A DNA stretch of 47,928 nt, taken from contig CAJVPI010000156.1 of the NCBI GenBank assembly GCA_910592345.1, positions 1 to 47,928 of the forward strand. Direction: 5' to 3'. Positions 20,426 to 31,667 of the stretch are shown piece by piece. The translations under genes and the position numbers were made by a program. A model generated the notes under the pieces. That model was given only the letters and a program-made list of their open reading frames with translations. It was not told where the DNA came from and made no database searches. The stretch's first letter is position 1. Each line of letters opens with the position of its first letter. The stretch comes from Paraglomus brasilianum. Its lineage: Eukaryota.

Positions 20426-23141
20426 TATACGTTATTAGAGTTGGTTCATTCTGATCATATGCACGTTTACGTTATGCAAATAGCTAATAATAATAAGTCC
20501 CAATAAAGGACAGGCTATTCTTATGCAAATGAACGGATCATGCAATATAAACACGCGGTATGCAAATATACAGACATGACTGTACAAAGATTTCTAATAT
20601 CTTTTTTTCTCAAGTATGTATGCAATATCTTCAACCTTAGGTTGTTATGTGTCTCACATTAATATGTTAGTGTATCACTGACTAACCGTTATTAAAATAG
20701 ATGGTGTAAAAAGGTTTTGACTGCATAACTACCATGCACATGTAAACAACATTACTTGTTTTGTATATGTTGTACCTTAGTTGGAGTTGTGGACTGAGTG
20801 TGTCAGACAGATCCCCAACTGAGGTACAACATATACAACCCAAACTTTAATAGCTTGGCAAAGCCATACAAATTAATTTTTGAAAAAAACAATTACAATG
20901 AGTTCCTTAACATAGTAATAGCAAGTATAATATTTTCTAATAAATGTACAATCGATGGCAATCACATAAGCAGTAATATTTAGACACTTTTGTACTGCAT
21001 GTATTAAACAGTTGGATGCCTAATGCCAGGCGTCGCAAAAATATAAAATCAGTTTTGCAGCCAAAGTCAAAAGATAAGTCTGGGCACAACTTAACTATAA
21101 CGTACACATCTTAATTACAGTCAGATAAATTTCTTTTGGCATAATTAGTTTACTATTACGGCTTCGGGAGCTTAATCAGTTGCAGAAACAATCTTTGTAG
21201 CCCCAACAATCTGCAAGGTCTTAGGGTTTAGTTGACAGACTCTGAAAAGGGCATCTAAGTTTCTCTCAAAAAACGAGACCGCCGCATGGTTTATACGTAC
21301 TTGCATAAAAGCTGTGCAAATTTCATACAGCGACGCGTAAACTGTGTTAGTCTTTAATTATTATAAACAGATACAGCAATAGGCGGACAATTTACCACAA
21401 TTCACCAAACAATTCATAAATTTAGCTTTTCTAAAACACAATATTTATATCGATGTTTAAGTCTTACAGAAACTATTAACTTAGATCATAAAATATTCCT
21501 ATAGTTGCGGGTCTTTTAGACAAAAATAATTAGAGTCGACAATTTGTTTTGCTTCGCTTACAAACAGTCGGGGAATCAATTTTCCTGAAAAGGCTTTCCT
21601 CGGCCAGACAACCGAAATAATATATATATCTGCGTTGATTACAAAATGAGAAAATTTCGAGCTCGCGATACCCCGCGATTCGAATCGATTTTTGTCTTCA
21701 ACTATTGAATAACACTGCTATGTCTTGGGTGTCCCTTTGCGGGATTATTTTGTATAAATACGGGTCAGCGCCGACGGAAACACGGAATTATCGTCATTTA
21801 TTGGCGACGCGTTGGTGAGTGAGACCATAAGAATGTACGAACAACTATAGCGCTATTAGTGCATTTTTTGAATGACAACGCAAATGCAAACACTTTTGAC
21901 AATTCAAGTGGTGCTAGGGAATACTCAGCTCTTGCAGGAGCCACTGCTGAATTTGGCTCAGTAGCTCTAGTTATAATCTCCCTTCTTCAGCATAGAGAAA
22001 CTGGAAGTAAGTTTCAAATGAGAATGTAGACTATATTGTACCAGCAATTTGCTCAATAAACATAATTGATAATCCACATAAATATTCGCATTTTATCAAT
22101 GGCTTCCATCGCGGCACTCTTTTACATTATAATCATCAGTATTATACCACCGTCACCAGGTAATTTCCTGTGCCCAATAAAAACCCACAAAATCTCTAAC
22201 GTTTTCCAAATAAGTGCAACCAATCCCTTCCCTAACATGTTTCTGACTGACCTTTTTCGATCGTCATTTTTACTTCTTTATAAGTGTTTCGTTCAAACAC
22301 CTGAATCAGATTTTTGGCTGCCGTACAGGAAGCGCAAGGAACCCAATGAATAGAAAACGAGTTAGCAACTTCATTAAGATAAATTGTGAAAATTACAGCC
22401 CATATTACTATGTCTACTCTCCATCTTACTCAATGTCCCCAATAACCGGGTCGCAAAGTCGTCTTTGTGCACTCTGCAACCTGTGCACATGTTCTTCCAC
22501 AACCTCACCCTTGGTTTTAGTTGTTTGCTAGTTATCTAATAAAAGTATCATAATGATAAGGTATCGTAAAAATCGGGATTATTAATCGGAATCCAAGCGG
22601 TGCAACTTAACTCACTCAATAGCGTTGGCCTCACTAGCGCTTTAATGGGAAAGACTTTATATTTGTCATTCTTGGCTAATTTTGGAATTTCTTAATCAAT
22701 AAAAAACTCCAATGTTTGTTTCTTAAAAAACTATTAATATAAAACATTAAATTCTCTCCTATATCGGTATAAGAACTGCAGCATCACATGAATAGATCTT
22801 TATTTTATTCGATATAGCATAAATCACTAATCCCTACATCGTTTAGGAATGTTCGCTTCTTGTCCCGCGAATATTCTCGCGGCATTACGATTGTTAGTCG
22901 TCTTGGGTATAAACGCGTTTTGGTCAGTTACGATTAGACCACAACACTATAGGGAGGGAATGGTCGAATTATTCTTGGTCGTGAGTAGTAAAGCCTGTTT
23001 GAAAGTCATTAACTTTTGTTTGTATTTAACCAAGTAGTAGAAATCACAGCTCCGTTCGAAAGTAGCTAAATTCCATCAATCGTTCCCCCGTGATTGCTTA
23101 CTCGACAGATTGATATTATCTCTCAATGTATGTGCACATCT

Positions 23142-24025
23142 TCAAATCAGACCTACCCCCTCCCTTTCTGATAACCTTATCAATAATCGTAAATCTCCAG
23201 CCATGATAGATTTATCACCACAAGAAAATGTTGCAGGGATACCGACGAAGCACATGACAAAAATTCGGTTTAACTTTGTGAAGCAAGCATGCAAAATAAT
23301 AATGCTGGCAAAAGCGGAAAGATTGACGATTAACACGTTCAGTATCTAAACGCTTTTTATCGACGAAATCAAATGAAATGTATCAAGACATGTGGTTCTT
23401 GCAGGCAACGTAACGCATATTAAACAACAAGATTAATTCGCCGATATTCCCACCAAAAATATTTATTCTATTCGTATTATACAATAACTGCTCAGAAGCA
23501 GTAAACTTATACAATAAATACAGCAGCAAGAATGAGCCAAGCACGAAATCGTTATAGTGGATCAATAGCCATGTTGGTCTATAGTGTACCGCATCATACT
23601 TCCTTAACTTTCTGGTATGAATTTCTCTTCATCGACGCAAGGAGCGATTTAATTGCTCCTGGCCGTTGTGGTTTGCTATTTGGATTGTTATTCTCAAGCA
23701 GAGACTGTTCCTCTTCAGATGACGAATCTTCGACATTCTATAAGAGTAGAGAGAAAAATAAATTAAGTAAAGCGATTTCGGAACAAAAGTAATGTTTACG
23801 CTATTACTATGTCGTTGTTAATAACCCGCACTACGCTTTTATAACGTATTGCTTGCTTGCTTGCTCACCTTTTCTGATTCAGTATCATACTCGTACTCTG
23901 ATGAATCTTCATAGCTCAATAGGGCGTTTTCATTAATCAGTCTCTGATACAACAAATAAGAAGCGCTTTAGTAAATCCATTAATTAATAGACATTTCGTA
24001 TAACTACAGCAATACTCACGGTCAT
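23142..24025 (-). pseudogene. Nonsense-disrupted multi-exon gene, probably a membrane protein; product unknown
   Basis: ATG ACC|GTGAGT at 24025. Exons 23943-23869, 23737-23513 and 23345 onward are joined in frame by canonical GT-AG. In-frame stops at 23596, 23581 and 23554 precede the hydrophobic RFRAWLILAAVFI/ILNVLIVNLSAFASIIIL. More decayed exon-like pieces probably extend to ~21800. Confidence 0.5.
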
Positions 24026-26693
24026 TTCGGAAGCGAACGGATATTAGAAGAAGATGAGCGTAGGATAAGGAGTAATAATTAAGGGAAATATGTAGTTATA
24101 TGCACTCTCCGTTACAAGTCAGCCCAGATCGAATAAGCAATAGACCAGAAAGCTTAATGAATCCTGTTTATGTCGGCTAGAACTTTAAATGTCCACTGTT
24201 ATTATTATTATAATAATAATTATTTCGTGTGCTGCTGTATTATTATTATATATAACTTAACCAAACCAGTTGGTTAGGGGAGCAGTCAACAGTTATTACT
24301 CGGCGGCCAGGAATAGAAAACTAGCAGGGATGTAAAAGGGGTGTTCTCACTCCTATTTATATTGACAAGGACAGTGTAACTAACGATAAACTGTATATTT
24401 TCTAATAATAGATTAAGCTACACAAGACTGATTATTAAATATATTTAGATCATAAAGAGTTTTATAAACAATCCGAAAGTGCATAATACGGAGAAGTCTT
24501 TGTTCAAGTCTATTGCAGCAAGTAACTATTTGCGGTAAATAAACTTTCGCATATTCTTACTATCTATTGTTTATGTTTGATGATTTAAAATGATTGGTTG
24601 AGAACAATCGTCTCCACGAAAAACTATCGACAATGTAAACGGTACCATTGCTAGTTATTATTATCATTATTATGTTCACCCAATTAATATGTAAAGGAGA
24701 TCAACCTGAAACTTTAATAAATGCTGATTTGACGTAAGATGGTTACAAAGAACCCATTACTGTACCGTTGTTGAATTGTCGGAGCACATTATGAAACATT
24801 TACAATTACAGAATTAGCGAATACTTTACTTGATGCAAAGTCATCTTTTTTAACCATGAACTATTATTTAAACAAAGGTACGTACCAAGAATACAATCGG
24901 AAACATGTATAACAACAACAAAGTGTTCTGTTGTGTCGACTATCTCCGATAAAGCAAACTTTTATGAACGGATCTTTGTTGCAAGTTAGACCAGACTTTA
25001 CCATGTATAGTGTTTAGAAAACTTGCATGGTGCTTTGATTACATCTTACTCTTCTACCCAAAAGTTGCCCTGGGTGCTTTTGCAAACGAAACTATTATAC
25101 AGTCTTTAAACCTAAAAGTCTCCCCCTGCAAATAAGAAGACTGGTTCTGTACAACAGAATTCTCTGGGTCGTACACTTGATTCTATTATTGCTAATAATA
25201 AACAAACACATCCTGCTGTGTGATTCCGATGCGTTTCAAGGAGACCTTTTACAGTTTTTATATTACCTAATTATTTAGTGTCTAATTACGGAATCCGCCT
25301 CTTGTCAACTGAAGCTGGGATATGCTACAATCTTGTTACGAGTTCGCCTTGATAGACCCGGTTTTCTTCTCTGTTAAGAATGTTTCATATCTTAAACTTT
25401 TCCGATTCACCAATAGGCTAGAGTTCCAAAAACTGCTTCCCCTCCCCGTTTCATGAACTCGTTATTTTCGATTGCGTCTAAAAACAAGTCATTGCCTTTA
25501 GTCATTAATATGATGTTTGGGTTGCACAATTTTTACTATTGATAGTTTTCTACGTTATTTTGAAAGATACGTTTTAGGCCTGCACATTTTCTCTATCTTT
25601 ATAGGGTTTAATTGAACATGTAGATTGCCTTCCCCCGTGAACTTTGTTTTCTCTTCAACTTTTAATGCCAAGCCGAGTGCAAACCGGGTTAATTATGCAT
25701 GCTTGGCTTCATTCGCCTTAAAAGTAACTGAATACCATTCTACCGTGATATATAATGCTTTTCATAATTGTAAATGAGATTATAACCGAGCTTTGCATGG
25801 TTTACTTGTGCTAGATACATAATGCTTATTTACATCTCATGTTTCTTTTTGTTGCAAGAGGTATATACCCACATTTTCGACATTTACGTTCATATGCTTA
25901 TGATTATGCTTACTTATTCAGACTTTTAGTCGTCATTCGGTATGCATTTCATTACAATAAGTACCGCATGGGTATTACATTAGAAATTCTATGCTTCCGT
26001 GTGGGTAATATTAGTTATCGAGGCCAATGACGAGAGCCAAGTTTTGTTTATTTTTGACATGAATTTGATGGCGGTATATACAACGATTAACAAGAGTTTG
26101 TAGTTGAACGGTTATGGTTTAAAGTGCAATATATAACTTTAACGTATCTTGGAAGAATCCTTCTTCTTTCTTATAAGGTTGGGGGTGGTCAATAGAATAA
26201 ATACATTATTCCTTGATTGTACAGTAGAATTATTTATTTATAGTATTACATTACTAACAATAAGAAGACTTCATGTCGAAAGAATTCAACAAGCATAGTA
26301 AATTTTTAAAGTCCTATCACGGGTTTTTGCGTACTTGATGGTCTCGCAGTCTGTTTAGTGTACCCATGGCTCATTTGACAGCTTGTTTGTGCTTCCGTGG
26401 CTATATTTACCACTATAATGATGCATTGGCCTAATTTCTCTGGAAATTTATTTTTAATCTTAATAATCCATTAACAAGATATCTTTGCAGTTAGCTTTCT
26501 ATCGATAATGGAGTATATGCGAGCCCGCCTAAAATGCTCGAGTTAACATGTTGGTTTGCCTGCATTTGACCCACAAACACACAACAAGGCCGTGCGCTTT
26601 TAAAGTTAAATATCTCGGTCAATTTGGCCGGCGATAGCACTGTCATAATGTTATGCTATTACCTCATACATGTTAGGATGTTCTTAATATAAT

Positions 26694-26842
26694 GTCGATG
26701 CTCTGACCCATTCTGGGATTTGACTCATTCTGAGAACGGGTCAACCCGTTTCCGACATTATCACATAGATTCTGTAGTTTATTGGTGCAAGAGATTATTC
26801 TAATGTGACAATCCCGAAACGGGTCAAATGGTCAACATCGAT
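26694..26842. mobile_element. Small foldback/MITE-like element
   Basis: Inner inverted repeat: ACCCGTTTCCGACATTATCACATAGA (26744) vs the reverse complement of TCTAATGTGACAATCCCGAAACGGGT (to 26824). Outer pair: TCGATGCTCTGACCCATT / AATGGTCAACATCGA. Confidence 0.5.
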
Positions 26843-27039
26843 TTGTTCATTGATTACGATTTACATTCGCATAGCAAAATGAGCGATTATTGTCTTGGTT
26901 TATTGAAACTAATGGCAAAAATATAATCTAATGAGATACCAATAATATGTGCGCCATGTATAACTAATGAGAGACCGAGCTCGAGAATTACACACAGCAA
27001 AGAATGTTTCAAAGCACTAGTCTTACCGGAGAAAGTATG

Positions 27040-27408
27040 TTAGAGCCCAACATTTTCTATGCCAACTTTATTGCTATTTGAGATCACGGTAATGATAGTT
27101 AAAGCTTGGGTATGTCTCTTCAATTCTTCGATCTCCTATGCTTTCACTTTCTTAAATTCTTGGATTTGTTGGATGTTAAGGTTTTCGAGTTCTTGATATC
27201 TCTCTTCTCACTCCGTTTGAAAGTCTTGTTTGAGTTGTTCGTTTTCTTGCTTAGTGTTGATTTGGATTTGGTTAACCCCGTAGATAAGCTTATCAAGGAC
27301 GTGTTCAATTACTATATTAAAAAAAGACTTCAGTAGAATCAGATAAACATTTGAGAATAAAAAAAAAAGATTTCCCTTGTATATTAACTTATCAAGAAAA
27401 CTGGCCAA
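27040..27408 (-). pseudogene. Coiled-coil coding remnant with in-frame stops
   Basis: IEHVLDKLIYGVNQIQINTKQENEQLKQDFQTE*EERYQELENLNIQQIQEFKKVKA*EIEELKRHTQAL. The heptad-like E/Q/K pattern continues across TGA (27210) and TAG (27138). Confidence 0.45.
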
Positions 27409-28556
27409 AACCGACTTGCGTTATGCTGGACAAGTCTGTCCTCACACGTGCAATTTGGCTTATACTATATACGCCACTTGCATTATGCGTGAAGGTTCAT
27501 GTGGCATAACTAAACTACTGTGGTTTTTGTTCGCATATTAATGTTAAATTATCAATATATCTCGGTGGCTGTGGACTAGCTGTGTAACGTCTACTAGAAC
27601 TTTTGCACAATTCGTAATATATAGAATAATTATTAAATGCATCTGATCTCGTAACTGTATTGCAAATGGGCTTGGACAGATCAGCAACCAATGACAACGG
27701 ACTGATTGACATTTCAAAAAGTCTCAATTATTTCCTTAAATATCTGTCCAGACTAGGGTAAACATAGCCCAGTTTGATACTCGAGAAAGTTTCGCTACCC
27801 ACTGGAACATTGGCAAAGAGAAAGCTTATCCCAATAACTCATTGCAATGAAGCGTTAATGTATAAAGTGTGTATGAATTACTGAGATAAATGTAACAAAT
27901 TATTAAGAGTATATTAGACTCTATACTTTGGCAGTCATACAAAGCAGGATATATCGATTGAATATACTCTACGTTATCTCTCTGTCACAAATCTCTCTTC
28001 CGCAACAGTCTCGAACGGCAGCCGCCAACTGTAACGAACATTAATATATAATAACAGACATCATTAACGACGCATTACAATAGTAGAACAAGAATATTTT
28101 AAAACGCCGAGCGACCAACATCGCTCGACTCCATACTCAGCCACTACTTAACTCCGCCTCCATATCGTATACATTAATACAATAACGAGTAGTACTCACG
28201 GCAACAAAGAAAAAAAAAAAAAGTACAGAAAGAAAGAATTCGTCGAGATTCTATCATACATCTCCCCTAAGCCACTAACCAAGCCACGTATTCACAGTTT
28301 GACTCGGTAACCGTAATTGCACTCTTGAGTAAGAATTAAACGGCTGGAAAAAGGTGAAAGGTAATAAACTATTAAAAACACGACGTCAACAGAGTGAATG
28401 AGACTTACGGATAGTACAGTATAAGAGTCTGCAGAATTTATTTGTCCTTTAGTCATTATACATCGAGGATCTATCGTCACCAAGAAAAAACTGTGGTCAG
28501 ACAGAGACGTCTACAGCAAAAGGATTAACCACACTCGAACATTTAAACATTTGAAA

Positions 28557-30718
28557 ATGTCATCATGTAATACAATATGGTCGTCTGGAATAATATGGAC
28601 AAGAATAAGAAGGACTCTAGCACCGCTTCTGCTTCTGCTTTCAATGATTTCTAGACCATTACGGTTATATCTAAAGACGCTTTCACGGAAAAGTTTACCC
28701 GTCAACAATACCTTTATATTTAATACATCAAAAACAACAAGATCCGCTGTTACGATTCGATCTAAAATACTAGCTAAACATTTATCTACACGTCACCTTT
28801 TGTTCTATAAATCCTTCTTCCTCCTCTTTTGCTTCCCTTACCCAATTCACTCCATTACCCCGTGCTTTCCACTCAATGGCAGCAAAGCATGTCCGGAAGT
28901 TGCCGGTTACTCTATAACACCTGGAAGTTACCTAACATTCTACACCTTCCTTACATCCGTCGACAACATCACCGCGTTCGATGATGCCATCAAGGCTTAT
29001 GTTAACAATACCGCTCAATACGCTGCCGTTGGGTGCCCTTCTGTTCCGCCAGCTCGATTCACGTTGACACTCGTTTGCGCAGATTTAGTCAACGACCCGA
29101 TATCGCAAACGTGCAGTGAGAGTGCTGGTGGCAAAAAGTCGCCGGGAATTTGTGCACAGACTTGTGACGATTTTCATGCGAGCCTGGGCGAAACACTTGG
29201 AAACAAGACGTTATGTCCCGGAGGGAATGGTTCGCAGTTGGGGGACTTGGCGCAAAGGCTTGACAGTTTGTGTCAGAAGCCAGATGGAGATGGTGATTGT
29301 ATATCCGGAGCTGCAAACGAGAATACGACTTGTGGTACGTTGATTGGAAAGGATTTTTGAGGGCGAATTATGAAAATTTGCATGATCCATATTTTCGTAT
29401 TATAGTATTTTATTTCCTTCATTCCATCATTTTACTTGGACATTTAAACATATTACTACTTATAGGGCACATTTAATTTGATTCTCCTTTGGCTTATCTT
29501 TTAATTATCGTTATCTTCTCTACAGGTTTTTCGGACACAGCATCCCGTTGCGAATTCTGCTCGAAACAGAACACAACAGCGCAAGCTTGCTGCAATGGCT
29601 GTCCCCCCAAAACTGTGCTCAATAATAACACTACTACTACACGCCCAGCCACGCCAACAGTCACAACTCTATCCTCTCTACCCCCTGACTCCTCGAAATC
29701 AAATGGGCTAGGTGAGCCTGTAATGTGGGGATTAATATTCGGTTCGGTGGCTGTTGTGGGAGTAGCAATAGGGATAGCATTGTTTTATTATTGCATTAAA
29801 GATAAACCGAAGCACGAGCGTGTGCCATCAATCGATCCTACTCCTCCTGATCCTCGTACTCCTGATCGATCCTCAAACGCAAGCAGCGTGACTATCAAAA
29901 GAGGGTCAGCCGCGCATTTGGTCGGTTCTCCAGGCGGCGGCGGCGATCCACTGGTTACGGGCAATCTGGCGGTTGATAATTCGTCGGTTGACAATCCACC
30001 GTTTAGAAATCTGGAGGGCAATCCAACGCTTGGCAATCCACCGTTTGGGAATCCACCGTTTGGGAATCCACCGTTTGGCAATCCACCATTTGACACGTTT
30101 AACAACCTGGCGGGTGGCGATTCAATGGTTGAAACCACAGCAGATATCGTCCCAGTTGATGTCGAATCAGTTGACGTTCCGAACATAGGCGACGATCCAA
30201 CAGTCCTGCCCGGGCCAATCACATTTCCGCCAGACGAAGATAACATCGTCATTGTTGTCCATCCGTACGCATCCCAACTCCAGGATGAGTTGAATCTAAC
30301 TCCCAACGATTCTATTATTGTACGACGTATTTTTGACGATGGCTGGGCAGTTGGGTATAATCAAAACACACACCAAGAAGGCGCCTTTCCTATTGTATGT
30401 GTGGTATATTCACATTTTCTACAATCGGATGTTGGAACGAACGAAACTTTGCCTGAAATGTCGGGTAATAGTGCACCGGGGGAAAATACACCGCTTGCGG
30501 GCGACTTGACACAGGATTTGCTTTCTAATAGTGGGGTCATAAGATCTTCATCGATCTCCAGCAACCCTTCTTTAAGGAGGCAGTTTAGTTTAACAGAAAG
30601 CTTAGAGTCCGTCCCAAGGAGAAATTCAAGTATGAGAAGGGCACGAGGGAGGAGTGGTGATAATGATGAGTTTGCAGAAAATAGGAGGAGTAGTGTGAGG
30701 GAATGGGGTGAACTATAA
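28557..30718 (+). CDS. Single-pass membrane protein with a Cys-rich ectodomain, Ser/Thr stalk, TM helix and cytoplasmic SH3 domain
   Basis: Exons 28557-29334 and 29526-30718 (GTACGT...CAG). [30 protein letters not shown]3: [49 protein letters not shown]. Start codon uncertain (28557 or 28644). Confidence 0.85.
30017..30091 (+). repeat. 15-bp coding tandem repeat, GNPTL(GNPPF)4
   Basis: GG(C/G)AATCCACC(G/A)TTT units; a further DNPPF copy at 29990-30004. Confidence 0.95.
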
Positions 30719-31667
30719 ATTTGCAAATGGAATACGGATATAGATAGAATTTATTAAGTATTATTAAACGTCGCTTCGACGTCATTGTTTGTTGATGTCA
30801 TTCTTACATGATATCGTTCTTTTACCTATTGTATTTTTACTTTTTGACTTAATTTGTGTATGATGTTTTGGACTGTGTAATAATAAAAAAGTGAAGGGAT
30901 TATTACATGTCTTTGGTTAAACTAACACAAATCGAATCGTGTAATGGGGGGGGTGATAGAATGATTAGCCGCTTTTTCATTAAACTAAATTTGCCAATTC
31001 ATCGTGAAGTTGAACTAATCAGTTACTATTGTCATCAATTTCCCAGTAAATGTGCTTACGGAGTGTTTCCTAATAAACCTTTCGTTATATCGACTGCAAA
31101 CTCACTGGGAACCTCAAACATCTAAAGAGTTCGAGAAAAACACTTTTTATGGCAGAACGTTGTCCGAATCTATTAATATTCGACAAATTAGAGAACAACA
31201 CCAATTATAGGCGCAGCTAATTTATAATTATTTTAATATTATCACATTATCGGATCACTCATTCGTTTTAGCATTGCCCACTCTTCATTTAAACTTGATA
31301 TTTGGTAGGATCTACGGACGCATAAATGCCTAGCCTAATATATTACATAGAATGCAAGCATCGATCCAGAAATAGATGTCGTGCATAAGTAACTCAAACT
31401 AGAAAGTAGCCGCATTGGCTTCTAATACCTTCTTTCGGCAAGAAATTTTCGACGTATTGCATGTACTCATCACTAGTATGGCTAAGAATTTTGTGATTAT
31501 GTTCCCATATGTCGACCGACCCAAGGGGGGAAGTTCATGCCCTAATGAAACATAGATAACACAAGCGATACGAACTTGGAGAGTATGCAGCACGTGACAC
31601 ATATTTATTGATATTTATTGCAACACAAAGTTCATCGGAAGTCTCTTTTAGCATTCTAAGCTTAAAT

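Noticed and set aside
24640..25520. Possible decayed coding sequence on either strand
   Set aside because: Short protein-like stretches with many stops; no recognisable motif or consistent splice structure.
29788..30306. 172-aa antisense ORF with NGGFP repeats
   Set aside because: Antisense shadow of the SH3 gene's GNPPF repeat region.
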